From: an uncultured Methanolobus sp.
GTDB taxonomy: Archaea > Halobacteriota > Methanosarcinia > Methanosarcinales > Methanosarcinaceae
Length of the DNA stretch: 64,000 nucleotides
NCBI GenBank assembly: GCA_963675495.1
Contig: OY776215.1
Span: 2,784,001 to 2,848,000, forward strand
Reading direction: 5' to 3'
Shown: positions 33,269 to 43,625 of the stretch, piece by piece
How the letters are laid out: every line of letters starts with the position of its first letter
Numbering within the stretch: the first letter of the stretch is position 1
Notes under the pieces: generated by a model
What the model saw: the letters and a program-made list of their open reading frames with translations, nothing else
The model's database searches: none
Told to the model about the DNA's origin: nothing
Program-made: the position numbers and the translations under genes

Positions 33269-35139
33269 CAGAGCTCACCTCTCTTTCTTATTATAAGTAG
33301 TTCAAGTACAACCAGGATGAAAACAATTATTATCATGTAAATGTCCAGATAGTTCTTTGCAGTATAAGAGCTGGCACGCACTATTTCAGGTCCTTCCTGT
33401 ACCTGTGAGCGTTCTATAACATCTTCTTCAATAGTGGTGTCAGATTCCCTGTCATTATACAGGTTAACTGCGATTTCCTTTCCTGCTACCTGATAGATGC
33501 CGGTCTCATCATAAAGAACACGGCTAACGGTCTGAGTGCCACCTGGGGTTTGGATGTCCTGTTCTTTCGCCAGTGCTGAGATGGTTCCTGTATTTAGATT
33601 GTAGTCCTGTACACTGCCGGTTCCTCCAAGCCATCCTGCCAGCTTGAACCAGAACACTGGATACTCCGGTTTATTATGGAAATTATTCCAGGCGTCTTCG
33701 CCTGTGTTATCATTAATGCCAAGGTAAACAACGGTTCCATCGCCGACAGAACCGTATGCTAACATAGGTATATTATCCTCAGTAGCTACAAGAGTAGTGG
33801 ATTCGATCCTTGAACTGACATTAAGGAAACGATACATGGCAACTTCCTCGTATTTCATATCCTCGCTAAGTCGCGTTTCCTGAAAAACTTCAAGGGCTAC
33901 GCCATAATCTGTATCTTCTATGGAACCAGGTATTACAGGAAGGATTTCCTGCAATTCAATTTTAGCATTTTGAGATGAAAGCGCTTCACTTGCAATGAAA
34001 ACAGCTCTTCCTCCTCCACTAAGGAAGTTATCAAGGGTTGTTATCTCATTACTTGCGAGCGACCTTTCCTTATTGGCAATTACTACCATGCTGTATTTGG
34101 ACAGGTCTTCAGGCACGCCTTCAATCTGGTTGAGCTTAATGTTCGGTATCAACGAGAGTGCTACCTGTGAGGGAAGATTATCGACATCTGTTACAAAGAG
34201 TAGCTGTCTGTCAGATATCCTCGGTATGGATATGTAAGCGGTGTTATCGGCCATGAGGCTGTCATCATCTGCTATTTCAACTTCCGTAATGCCTGTTCCA
34301 AGATTTGTTAGCTGGAATTGTTTTGTGGAGTGTGCAGGGATATTAAGTGAAACATCATTGTTTTTGCCATTGTCAAGATTCTGAATTTCAAGATCAACGA
34401 CCTGCCTGCTGTTCATATAATTCTTAACAACACCCGTATATGTATAACTATTATCTACGGCCTCAATGCTACCCTGAATGAACCCTACGTTATCAGTTTC
34501 TCTGCCAACAGAGACAAACTGCACAGTAAGCCCGTATGATTCTGCCAGATTCATAGCATTGACCGGGTCATCACCGTTCCAGTTAGTAAAATCGGATACT
34601 ACGACAATGTTGCCTCCTTCATCTGAAAGTAATCTCATGCCAGTTGAAATGGCACTTGAAAGGTCGGCAACAGTTGCTTTTGCTTTAAGTGTGTCAAGTG
34701 TGTCATAGGTTGCCTGTGAACTTTCACTTTCAAGTATTGTAACAGGAATGCTCTGTGCAAGTATGATGCTGTTCTTCTTGCTCACGTAACCTTCAGCTTT
34801 TGCTATTGCCTCGCTGAACCTGTTGTCAGTCTGCATACTTGCGGATGCATCTATGATAAGCACAGTGTGTTCGCCGCTAAGTGCCTCTTGTGTTTCAAGG
34901 TAAGGCGATGCTGCAGCCAGTGCAAGCAGTATCAATACAAGTAACTGTATAAGGAAAAGCGGGTCCTTTATGAGTTTTGTAATGGATGTATAGAAACGTT
35001 TTTTCTCTTCCTTTATATCCATGAGGAACATAAGGGATGGGATCTGGACCTGTAGTGGTTTTGGTCTGAGAAGATAGAGCAGTATCAGTGGTATGATACT
35101 TGCAAGTGCTCCCAGTGCAAGAGGATTATCATAAGGCAT
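33268..35139 (-). CDS. BatA N-terminal domain / VWA protein
   Basis: PLILLYLLRPK..IPSLMFL, IIDASASM MIDAS, VVSDF, C-terminal TM. Confidence 0.85.
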   Translation of the reverse strand: MPYDNPLALGALASIIPLILLYLLRPKPLQVQIPSLMFLMDIKEEKKRFYTSITKLIKDPLFLIQLLVLILLALAAASPYLETQEALSGEHTVLIIDASASMQTDNRFSEAIAKAEGYVSKKNSIILAQSIPVTILESESSQATYDTLDTLKAKATVADLSSAISTGMRLLSDEGGNIVVVSDFTNWNGDDPVNAMNLAESYGLTVQFVSVGRETDNVGFIQGSIEAVDNSYTYTGVVKNYMNSRQVVDLEIQNLDNGKNNDVSLNIPAHSTKQFQLTNLGTGITEVEIADDDSLMADNTAYISIPRISDRQLLFVTDVDNLPSQVALSLIPNIKLNQIEGVPEDLSKYSMVVIANKERSLASNEITTLDNFLSGGGRAVFIASEALSSQNAKIELQEILPVIPGSIEDTDYGVALEVFQETRLSEDMKYEEVAMYRFLNVSSRIESTTLVATEDNIPMLAYGSVGDGTVVYLGINDNTGEDAWNNFHNKPEYPVFWFKLAGWLGGTGSVQDYNLNTGTISALAKEQDIQTPGGTQTVSRVLYDETGIYQVAGKEIAVNLYNDRESDTTIEEDVIERSQVQEGPEIVRASSYTAKNYLDIYMIIIVFILVVLELLIIRKRGEL

Positions 35140-36023
35140 TACAGTCTTCTCCTGCTAATGGTATGGAAGAATGCGTCAAATATCGGGATATCGGTTGTGA
35201 AAGTGTAAAATTCGGCACCAACCTTGCCACAGGTATCCTTGATCTGGTTTATGTGGCTTGTGAGTTTTTCCTGATACTCAGTTTTCAGGTCTTCGCTTAT
35301 ATATGTGTCAAGCTTAACTCCGGATTCGAGGTCTACGAGCCGGCTGTGGCCATGAATGGTAAGGGCGCTTTCTGTCCTGTCAAGAACCTGGATAAGCATC
35401 AGGTCGTGATCTGAAAAACGGTAGATTGCAGATTCGATCTCTTTAGGGTCCTGGAGAAAATCAGAGATAATGATTACCAGTGAGCGTGAATGGATGGCTT
35501 TCCCGTATAGGATCGTACATTCATCAATGGCTGTTTTTCCACCAGCTTTAGATGTTTCGAGCCGCTCGATGGCACGTAACAGGTATTTTCTTCCTCTCCT
35601 GGGTTTTGTAATGTCCACATTCTCAGCAAAGGTTGATATCGCAAACTTATCGTTATCCTTGGTAACCAGGTAAGCAAAGCCTGCTGCAAGCATTGTAGCA
35701 TACTCGAACTTGCTTGGAGAATCTCCGGCAGTATAGTCCATGCTCTTACTGGAATCCAGCAATATGTGTGTTGTCAGGGATTTATCTTCTTCGAACTGGC
35801 GTATGTAGAGTTTCTCAGATCTGGCATAAGCTTTCCAGTCCACTGCTTTGAGCTCATCGCCTCGATTGTATTCCCTGTAGCCAACAGTATCCAGACCTCT
35901 ACCGCTATGTATAGAGCGTCTGCTACCTGCATACGCAGTTGACACTCTTTTTCTTACCATGAAGGTAAAACGGTCAAGTTGTCTGAAAAAATCAACATCT
36001 ATGGTATGTCTCTTGTCGCTCAT
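35139..36023 (-). CDS. DUF58 protein
   Basis: YREYNRGDELKAVDWKAYAR, LLDSSKSM, IISDF. Confidence 0.9.
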   Translation of the reverse strand: MSDKRHTIDVDFFRQLDRFTFMVRKRVSTAYAGSRRSIHSGRGLDTVGYREYNRGDELKAVDWKAYARSEKLYIRQFEEDKSLTTHILLDSSKSMDYTAGDSPSKFEYATMLAAGFAYLVTKDNDKFAISTFAENVDITKPRRGRKYLLRAIERLETSKAGGKTAIDECTILYGKAIHSRSLVIIISDFLQDPKEIESAIYRFSDHDLMLIQVLDRTESALTIHGHSRLVDLESGVKLDTYISEDLKTEYQEKLTSHINQIKDTCGKVGAEFYTFTTDIPIFDAFFHTISRRRL

Positions 36024-36060
36024 AGCCAGTTCTCTGCCTGAGTTTCCTGCCAAAGCTAGC

Positions 36061-37032
36061 TTACTTTATTTTCTCAAGCAAGCTTTTGATAACCTGGTCA
36101 GTGCTTATTCCTCTTCTTTCTGCTTCAAAGGTGAGGATTATCCTGTGCCTGAGCACTGGGTATGCCATGGCATCAATATCCTCTGCGCTGACAAAGTTGC
36201 GTCCTTTTATCAAAGCCCTTGCTTTTGCTGCAAGTATAATTCCTATTGAAGCTCTGGGAGATGCACCATATTCGATGAACTCGCTTTTGATACGTGTCGA
36301 AATGACGATCTTAATGGCCCGGTTCTTTATATCATCTGCAATTGGCACATCTCTTGTTAGTTTCTGCAGGTCAAGAAGTGTATTCTTATTGACCACCTTG
36401 CCAACAGAGGGCATGATGGACTTTGTGTACCGGTTAACGATCTCTATCTCATCTTCGTAGTTCGGATAATCCACGAGGATCTTAAGCAGGAATCTGTCAA
36501 GCTGTGCTTCAGGTAGAGGGAATGTTCCTTCCATCTCAATTGGGTTCTGGGTTGCCAGGATGAAAAAAGGCTGTTCAAGAATAAATGTATCATTACCAAC
36601 GGTTATCTGTTTCTCCTGCATTGCCTCAAGTAGTGCGGACTGTGTCTTTGGAGATGCACGGTTGATCTCATCGGCCAGTACGATATTAGCAAATATTGGT
36701 CCTGGTTCAAACTTGAATTCTTTGTGTCCATCTGTTTCTTCAATGATATGCGTTCCAGTGATATCAGCAGGCATCAGGTCTGGAGTACACTGTATCCTGC
36801 TGAAATTCAGATCCATTGATTTTGAAATGGTTGAAATTGTCAGTGTTTTTCCAAGACCCGGGTTACTTTCTATCAGTGCATGCCCGTTGCATAATATTGA
36901 AATTATGATCTGTTCCACTGAAGCTTGCTGGCCGACAACTACCTTTCCAACCTCGTTGAAAAGCGTTGCAAACATATCGCCGGCCATTTTGTATGTTTGC
37001 GACAGGTCCCTTGAATTCAGGTCGCTTGCCAT
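36061..37032 (-). CDS. moxR: MoxR-family AAA+ ATPase
   Basis: PGLGKT, RIQCTPDLMPAD, LADEINRASPKTQSALLEAM, ATQNPIE, GASPRA. Confidence 0.93.
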   Translation of the reverse strand: MASDLNSRDLSQTYKMAGDMFATLFNEVGKVVVGQQASVEQIIISILCNGHALIESNPGLGKTLTISTISKSMDLNFSRIQCTPDLMPADITGTHIIEETDGHKEFKFEPGPIFANIVLADEINRASPKTQSALLEAMQEKQITVGNDTFILEQPFFILATQNPIEMEGTFPLPEAQLDRFLLKILVDYPNYEDEIEIVNRYTKSIMPSVGKVVNKNTLLDLQKLTRDVPIADDIKNRAIKIVISTRIKSEFIEYGASPRASIGIILAAKARALIKGRNFVSAEDIDAMAYPVLRHRIILTFEAERRGISTDQVIKSLLEKIK

Positions 37033-37083
37033 TTATTATCTCCTTTATCTTTGTCCTATGAATGTAAATTATAAATGTAATGT

Positions 37084-37980
37084 TCAGTTCTTAGCCATCT
37101 CTTCAAAATAAGATTTGATAACACTTTCATAGCCCTCAGGGAGCTCCTCATAATATGCCTGAGATGAAATGATACTTATTTCGTAGGGTGATGACTGGTC
37201 AAAGTCCTCATCAGCTTCTTCCCCCTCTTCCGGGTTCCCAAAACCTACGCCTGTTCCAGGTGGAAGTGTCAGATCGACTTCAGTTCCCTCTACAACAATG
37301 ATCGCAGTCTCTCCGGTCAGGTCCTCATTGTCCGAAGCGCCACCATCACTTGTCTCGTCCTCGATATCATACAGGTCATCAGATGTGTTGTCATCATCTG
37401 GCAGGAGTCCCGCATCTTCGAGAATATCTTTAAAATCATCCGGACCAACACCCGTACGAATGTCATTCGACATGATGAAACCAAGTGTTGAAGCAGAGAT
37501 TAGTATCAGCACCAGTCCCATTGTAAGCCGTCTTCTTCTTAGAAAAGCTGAAGACTGAACTTTTGAAATGCCTGAAGCTACCTTATTTAGCAGGTCCTTC
37601 ACGATTATGTTGTCAGTATCCCTGTTATCGTATGCAGTACGTAGTTTTTCTTGTAGGTTTGGATACTTTTCTTCTACTACCAGTAAAATACCGGTCCTGT
37701 CATCATGTCTGTGTATCAGGAAGGTCAATATCAAAGCCATAAATCCAGAAATAAGTGCTAGTGCGACAGTTTCAAATGCAATGCTTATACCTGCGAAATC
37801 ATAATCTGTTCCTGCCCTTACTTCAAAAGTACTCATCATGGCAAATGCTTTATCCATACTTAGCAGGAAAAGCAGGGTGAAAATCACCAGTGAAATTGTC
37901 AGGAAATCTATTAGCTTATAGGCCCTGCGGTATTTTTTTAGGGCAGCTTCCTGTTTTTTTACGAAATCCCTGATATCCAT
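37084..37980 (-). CDS. Conserved membrane protein heading the MoxR/VWA operon
   Basis: 3 TM, VEEKYPNLQEKLRTAYD, acidic linker, C-terminal LPEGYESVIKSYFE. Confidence 0.7.
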   Translation of the reverse strand: MDIRDFVKKQEAALKKYRRAYKLIDFLTISLVIFTLLFLLSMDKAFAMMSTFEVRAGTDYDFAGISIAFETVALALISGFMALILTFLIHRHDDRTGILLVVEEKYPNLQEKLRTAYDNRDTDNIIVKDLLNKVASGISKVQSSAFLRRRRLTMGLVLILISASTLGFIMSNDIRTGVGPDDFKDILEDAGLLPDDDNTSDDLYDIEDETSDGGASDNEDLTGETAIIVVEGTEVDLTLPPGTGVGFGNPEEGEEADEDFDQSSPYEISIISSQAYYEELPEGYESVIKSYFEEMAKN

Positions 37981-38014
37981 GGTGGCACCGTTTATTTTAT
38001 TCAGTAGATAATGA

Positions 38015-38902
38015 TTACTTATCCATCTTATTTGATTCACAATAAGAATCAAATTTTGGATATGATCCAAGTATTTTTAACATTGCTACGTTGGACTTTA
38101 TATTAAACATTGCATGTTTTATAATAGTATCGTCTATATTTCCCTCAAAATCAATGTAGAAAACATAATCACCAAGTACTTTTTTAGAAGGTCTCGATTC
38201 AATCCTTGTCAAATTTATATCGTCCCTGGCAAATTCGCCCAGTATGGCATAAAGAGCACCGGGACGGTCACGGTCAAGATACACTATTATAGATGTTTTG
38301 TATAGATGATCCTGTTTTTGTTCATCTGTATGCTTTATAGCACTTTCAGGAACATTGTTTCTTGTAATCACTACAAAACGTGTATGGTTATGCTTCCTGT
38401 CCTGGATATTTGGCATGACAATATTAAGGTCATACATGCCAGCAGTTTCTGGTGATGCAATAGCTGCCATTTCTTCAAACTCAGTGGCAAGCTTTGCTGC
38501 GTGGGATGTACTTCCTGTGGTTCTAAGCTCAACGGCAGGAAATTGGTCTTTTAAAAATTGGCGGCATTGTCCCAAACCCTGTGGATGTGAAAGTATAATT
38601 CTGATATCTTCTTTTTTACCCCTGGACAGTAAACAGTGTTCTATGGTGACTATCGCCTCACCAATAATATGTACGTCATGTTCAAGAAGCAGGTCAAGTG
38701 TTACTCCTACGGAGCCTTCAATCGAATTTTCCAGGGGCACTACTCCGATATCACATGCTTCGCTTTCCAGAAGAATGAATACATCCTGTATATCTGCACA
38801 ATATTCCAGAATATGTTTTTCATTGCTACTGTTTTCTTCTATCCACTGTTTTGCAGCTTTTTCGGTATAAGTCCCTTTAGGACCAAGTACGCCAATTTTC
38901 AT
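38015..38902 (-). CDS. pheA: Prephenate dehydratase
   Basis: LGPKGTYTE, PLENSIEG, SHPQGLGQC, NHTRF, ACT domain INLTRIESRPS. Confidence 0.95.
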   Translation of the reverse strand: MKIGVLGPKGTYTEKAAKQWIEENSSNEKHILEYCADIQDVFILLESEACDIGVVPLENSIEGSVGVTLDLLLEHDVHIIGEAIVTIEHCLLSRGKKEDIRIILSHPQGLGQCRQFLKDQFPAVELRTTGSTSHAAKLATEFEEMAAIASPETAGMYDLNIVMPNIQDRKHNHTRFVVITRNNVPESAIKHTDEQKQDHLYKTSIIVYLDRDRPGALYAILGEFARDDINLTRIESRPSKKVLGDYVFYIDFEGNIDDTIIKHAMFNIKSNVAMLKILGSYPKFDSYCESNKMDK

Positions 38903-38938
38903 TGTATTCTCCAACAGTAATAATATAGAAAAATCTTA

Positions 38939-40117
38939 TCATTGCTGTTTTTTCAGTATATCCTCAATCATTTTTTCCACATTGCTGTGAAGGTCGGCAA
39001 GCTCAACTACGTTTTTTTCTGTATTTAGCATGCCTTCCACGTCCACATCCTTGTTTTCATCACTCATGGCAGTGATGTCCGGAAGGCTTTTTAGCTCATG
39101 TACAAAAGGCTTTATATCTTCCTCTTTTAGAGCCAGCTGAGCAAGTTGCTCTTTTATATCGTTCCTGGCGTTCTCGTCCACAATTTGCTTGATATTTTCT
39201 TCCATATCTTTTCTGCGTGGAGCCAGCCCGTCTGTAGTGCTGTATATTCTGTCAAGCATCTGTGCTGTGATAGCCTTATCAAAAATGATCTCTTCTGTTT
39301 TGACCTCTGGCTCAATTGCAACTGCTTTAGTATTGTTTTCCTTTGGTGGCAGGCAGACATAGTCTTCACTGAATAGTCTCTGGTTCATGTAAGTGGGGGA
39401 CACTATCTCTATTTCAGAATCATGTAGTGTATCCATGACGTTCTTTTTAAAATCAGACCTTGATGTAATGAGACTCTCGATATCCTTAAGCAGTCCTCCA
39501 ACTTTATATGTTATCGAAAAGTCTCCAAGCTTTTCAACATGAACAAATGAATTTTCAAGACCAGTTATCTCAGCTGCTTTTAAGAGCCCCTTTTCTATGT
39601 CCTTTCGGGATATGTCGTATCCCAGTGATACAGTGGTAGTTATAATAGTTCCAGATGATCTGATTGTCTTCAGGGGGTTAGAAACCAGTTTTATGTTTGG
39701 GATGGTTATGAGGTCCCTGTCCATGGACTGCACCTGTGTATGCAGGAAGTACATTTCGGTTACTCTTCCAAAAGTACCATCAATTTTGATGTAGTCCCCT
39801 ACTCTGAAGGGATTTATAAGCCTGAGCATGATGCCGGCCATGGCGTTTGTCACAAAAGTTGTGGATGAAAATGTGATGATTGCACCAATTACCAATCCTA
39901 CAAAGGTAAGGATCAGGTTTTTGTCTTCTACAGTGATTGGAAGGGTGAAAATGATGAACAGTATTCCAGTGACAAGGATTAAAAGAAAGATGATTTGCTG
40001 TATCATCTTTTCCCTTGAAAATAACTTTCTTTTCCTGAACAGGAAATCAAATAGCAGGACAAGTGAAATTGTTACGATCAGCGAAATTATACTTGGTATG
40101 AATTGCTCTATATCCAC
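38939..40117 (-). CDS. Small-conductance mechanosensitive channel (MscS family) with C-terminal helical extension
   Basis: 3 TM, PFRVGDYI, FGRVTE, ITIPN, VSLGYD. Confidence 0.85.
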   Translation of the reverse strand: MDIEQFIPSIISLIVTISLVLLFDFLFRKRKLFSREKMIQQIIFLLILVTGILFIIFTLPITVEDKNLILTFVGLVIGAIITFSSTTFVTNAMAGIMLRLINPFRVGDYIKIDGTFGRVTEMYFLHTQVQSMDRDLITIPNIKLVSNPLKTIRSSGTIITTTVSLGYDISRKDIEKGLLKAAEITGLENSFVHVEKLGDFSITYKVGGLLKDIESLITSRSDFKKNVMDTLHDSEIEIVSPTYMNQRLFSEDYVCLPPKENNTKAVAIEPEVKTEEIIFDKAITAQMLDRIYSTTDGLAPRRKDMEENIKQIVDENARNDIKEQLAQLALKEEDIKPFVHELKSLPDITAMSDENKDVDVEGMLNTEKNVVELADLHSNVEKMIEDILKKQQ

Positions 40118-40249
40118 TTTTGTCCTCCCATGTGATAGTTTTCACTTCTGACTGATAAATGATATCTCATCATATATATAGAGTAGATGATATTTATGAT
40201 TACTTTGAATTTAAACTTAAATCTAAATTTAAATTCAAGCAAACTCATA

Positions 40250-40714
40250 TCAGTAAGTCTGTTTATCATCCTTCTCTGACCACTGTCTGAGCAACTTAAG
40301 GGCTTCATCCCTTTCAATATTAATCAGCTTCAATTCACTATCCCGATTATCTCCCCGAATATACTCATAAAGAAGACTGTCATCAAAACCAATGGCAGCA
40401 ACATCATCTTTGTCGGAGCCGTAATACACGGTCTTTATGCGTGCCCAGTAAATTGCTGCAAGACACATGGGACACGGCTGCGAACTTGTGTATATCTCAC
40501 AGTCCGAAAGGTCAAATCTTTCCAGAGCAGCAGATGCCTGCCGGATTGCCAGAACTTCGGCATGAGCTGTGGGATCTTTTGTTTCCAGAACTTCATTATG
40601 GGCTCTTGATATTATTTTTTTGTCCTTAACAATAATAGCTCCAAAGGGCCCACCATGATTGTGGTTCATTCCCTTGCGTGCTTCATCTATTGCAGCCTGC
40701 ATGAAGTTGTCCAT
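40250..40714 (-). CDS. Nucleoside/guanine deaminase (cytidine deaminase fold)
   Basis: GGPFGA, DPTAHAE, PCPMC zinc motifs. Confidence 0.9.
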   Translation of the reverse strand: MDNFMQAAIDEARKGMNHNHGGPFGAIIVKDKKIISRAHNEVLETKDPTAHAEVLAIRQASAALERFDLSDCEIYTSSQPCPMCLAAIYWARIKTVYYGSDKDDVAAIGFDDSLLYEYIRGDNRDSELKLINIERDEALKLLRQWSEKDDKQTY

Positions 40715-40933
40715 AAAACAGTATAATTATTTATTGGTTTTAAATGAAGTGGTAGGTTTATTGTTTTCATGTATATTCTAAACAACACTTTATAGGAGGT
40801 TTATTGGTATAATAATTAAGTCTAATTACTTTTATGTGCTTTTAAAGCTTTATTCATTTTTGATTACAAATTAAAGCTTTATTTATCCCTTTATTTGTAA
40901 GTATATTTATATTTGCAGTTGAGAATCTGGAAA

Positions 40934-41033
40934 TTGTAAGATCACATGTTACGTACCACCAACCACCATTAACGTACCACCCCTCACCAACCACCAAACA
41001 TATCGTAACACCAACATGTGATCTTTCTAACAA
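40934..41033 (+). ncRNA. Candidate sRNA or leader: 13-bp stem enclosing repeated C-rich loops
   Basis: AAGATCACATGTT 40938-50 / AACATGTGATCTT 41013-25; loop has ACGTACCACC x2 and CACCAACCACCA x2; TATA-like TATATTTATA 40902-11. Confidence 0.5.
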
Positions 41034-41133
41034 TCACAAATTCAAATTCTATACCAAGCAATTATCCCGAATAAAACAACGGCAAGATAAAGGGGATAAT
41101 AAGAGTAAAAATAAAGTTATAAGGAGCAGGTAA

Positions 41134-41427
41134 ATGAAGAAAAACACATTGAATTACATCATAGATATACCATTGTTACTACAGTCAGTCATAGTAAGTG
41201 TTACAGGAATTGTTCTGATGTTTAGCAGTCATGATGCAAGTTTCCTGGGATTTGATGGCATGGGATTGCTTCATATGCATGAACTGATAGGACTCCTGAT
41301 GGTTGCATTCTCAGTTATCCATCTAGTATTACACTGGAAATGGCTTACCCATACAACAAAGAACTTCTTGACTGGCAAGAGTGGCCTGTCTGTAAACTGC
41401 AAAACAGCACATCCTGTTGAAGATTAA
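41134..41427 (+). CDS. DUF4405 small membrane protein (putative heme-ligating His)
   Basis: NYIID, VTGIV, HMHE..G, HLVLHWKW. Confidence 0.8.
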   Translation: MKKNTLNYIIDIPLLLQSVIVSVTGIVLMFSSHDASFLGFDGMGLLHMHELIGLLMVAFSVIHLVLHWKWLTHTTKNFLTGKSGLSVNCKTAHPVED

Positions 41428-41547
41428 TTTACTATCCTGTTAGATGTCTGGAATTTTCCGGATATTCTTACCCTATTTTTCCAAAACTTACCATAAACCT
41501 ATTTATCCGATAGTGCTCTTGACAGTATAAGAATAAAAGGTGGAACA

Positions 41548-43068
41548 ATGCAGCTAAAAGTACAGCCTATTGATATCAAAGTCGGGAAATATAAAGTAGT
41601 GTTGAATACAATTGACGCCAAGGAATTGGGCGTTAACGAGGGCGACAGGGTAAGGATAAAAAACCACACGACACTTACGGCTATTGTTGATTTTACAGAG
41701 GACATGATCTCTCCGGGAATGGTAGGTCTGTATCACGAGGTGCAGGAACGGCTACAGAGGGAATGGACAGAAACTGTAGAAGTTGAACCTGCGGAAAAAC
41801 CAACATCCACCCATATCATCAGGAAAGTGATGGATGGGCACAAGCTTGAAAGGGATGAGATATATGAGCTTGTAAAGGATATAGTTGAGGAAAATCTCAA
41901 CGATATCGAACTTGCAGCTTTCCTTACTGCCACTTACATCAAGGATATGAGTGAAGATGAGACTGAATGGCTCACAAAGGCAATGATAGAGACCGGAGAG
42001 CGTATAGAATTCAGCACCTCTCCTATAATGGACAAACATTCAATAGGTGGTGTGCCTGGTAACAAGATATCCCTGCTTATTGTTCCAATTGTTGCAGCTA
42101 ACGGTCTACTTATCCCAAAGACCAGTTCCCGTGCAATAACTGGTGCTGGCGGCACAGCAGATCTTATGGAGATACTTGCTCCGGTGGAGTTCACTGCCCA
42201 GCAGATAAAAGAGATGACTGAAAAAGTAGGCGGTGTCATTGTCTGGGGTGGTGCTACTAATATCGCACCTGCTGATGACAAGCTCATAAAGATAGAATAT
42301 CCGCTTTCCATTGACCCGCACTGCCAGTTGCTTGCTTCCATCATGGCTAAAAAAGGTGCAGTTGGCGCTCAGAAGGTTGTTATGGATCTTCCTACCGGTG
42401 CAGGTACTAAATTACCTGACGTAAAGGCAGCAAGAAAGCTTGCCAGAGACCTCATAAGTCTTGGTGAGCGTTTGGGCATGGATGTGGATTGTGCAGTAAC
42501 TTACGGTGCATCCCCCGTAGGAAGAACCGTGGGCCCGGCACTAGAGGTTATAGAGGCTCTCAAAGTCCTTGAAACAATGGAAGGTCCCAACAGTCTCATA
42601 GAAAAGAGCGCTGTCCTTGCAGGCATGCTTCTTGAAATGGGCGGGGTGGCTGCCAAAGGACAGGGTCGTGACCTTTCCATCGAGACATTGAAAAATGGCA
42701 AAGCTCTGGCAAAACTCAAGGAAATAATAGAGATACAGGGCGGCAATCCTGATGTAACTCACAAGGATATTAAGGTCGGTGAGTTCACTGCAGACCTGAC
42801 AGCCCCTACCAACGGTTATATTCTCGAATTTTACAACAAACGCATAGTTCAGATAGCAAGACTGGCAGGTGCACCAAACGATAAAGGTGCCGGCGTCAGG
42901 ATACACAAAAAACGTGGTGAGTCTGTCGAAGAAGGGCAGCCGGTCCTGACAATTTATGCTGAGAAAGAAGAAAAACTTGCAGAAGCTATCAAGAGTGCAA
43001 GAGAGGATATCCCAATAGTCGTTGAAGGTATGCTTCTTGAGAAAGTAGCGGATATTACAGAAATCTGA
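41548..43068 (+). CDS. AMP phosphorylase
   Basis: DKHSIGGVPGNK, PKTSSRAITG, APADD; archaeal AMP pathway family, 506 aa. Confidence 0.93.
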   Translation: MQLKVQPIDIKVGKYKVVLNTIDAKELGVNEGDRVRIKNHTTLTAIVDFTEDMISPGMVGLYHEVQERLQREWTETVEVEPAEKPTSTHIIRKVMDGHKLERDEIYELVKDIVEENLNDIELAAFLTATYIKDMSEDETEWLTKAMIETGERIEFSTSPIMDKHSIGGVPGNKISLLIVPIVAANGLLIPKTSSRAITGAGGTADLMEILAPVEFTAQQIKEMTEKVGGVIVWGGATNIAPADDKLIKIEYPLSIDPHCQLLASIMAKKGAVGAQKVVMDLPTGAGTKLPDVKAARKLARDLISLGERLGMDVDCAVTYGASPVGRTVGPALEVIEALKVLETMEGPNSLIEKSAVLAGMLLEMGGVAAKGQGRDLSIETLKNGKALAKLKEIIEIQGGNPDVTHKDIKVGEFTADLTAPTNGYILEFYNKRIVQIARLAGAPNDKGAGVRIHKKRGESVEEGQPVLTIYAEKEEKLAEAIKSAREDIPIVVEGMLLEKVADITEI

Positions 43069-43073
43069 TACAT

Positions 43074-43607
43074 ATGCCTGAACAAATAGTAATATTAAGA
43101 CTTGGTCATCGTCCCCAGAGAGATAAGAGGATAACCACCCATGTGGGTCTGACAGCAAGGGCCTTTGGTGCAGAAGGAATGCTTCTGGCATCCGAGGATA
43201 AGAAACTTGCCGGTAACATCGATGATGTTTCAACAAGATGGGGCGGTGACTTCTACGTTAAGAACGATGTAAACTGGAAGTCTGAAATAAAGAAATGGAA
43301 AGAAGATGGCGGAAAGATCTGCCATCTATCCATGTATGGGATAAACCTGCCAGATGCTGTTCCTGAGATTCGCCAATGCGACAAACTCATGATCGTTGTG
43401 GGTGCGGAAAAGGTCCCCTTCGAAATATATGAGATGTCTGACTGGAATGTTGCAGTTGGCAACCAGCCTCATTCAGAAGTTGCAGCTGTAGCCGTTACTC
43501 TGGACCGGATAGCTAAAAGTGATCCACTGAGGAATGAATTTGAAGGTGGAGAACTAACAATAGTTCCAGAGAGATGTGGTAAGCAGGTTATCGATAACCG
43601 ACAATAG
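43074..43607 (+). CDS. tRNA (cytidine(56)-2'-O)-methyltransferase (aTrm56)
   Basis: LRLGHRPQRDKRITTHV, HLSMYG, VGAEKVP, NQPHSEVAA. Confidence 0.95.
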   Translation: MPEQIVILRLGHRPQRDKRITTHVGLTARAFGAEGMLLASEDKKLAGNIDDVSTRWGGDFYVKNDVNWKSEIKKWKEDGGKICHLSMYGINLPDAVPEIRQCDKLMIVVGAEKVPFEIYEMSDWNVAVGNQPHSEVAAVAVTLDRIAKSDPLRNEFEGGELTIVPERCGKQVIDNRQ

Positions 43608-43625
43608 GATTTGTCAGATCAGGGT

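Noticed and set aside
40950-41000. Mini CRISPR array
   Set aside because: Repeats are only 10-12 bp with no regular spacers, and there are no cas genes
40940-41017. 22-aa minus-strand peptide (MLVLRYVWWLVRGGTLMVVGGT) in the hairpin
   Set aside because: No RBS or promoter evident; explained by the GGT-rich complement of the loop
41548-43068. Complete AMP/RuBisCO pathway cluster
   Set aside because: No isomerase or RuBisCO gene nearby; ordinary dispersed housekeeping gene
42541-43236. 231-aa minus-strand ORF and the many similar antisense ORFs in the track
   Set aside because: Shadow frames of well-supported genes with no motifs
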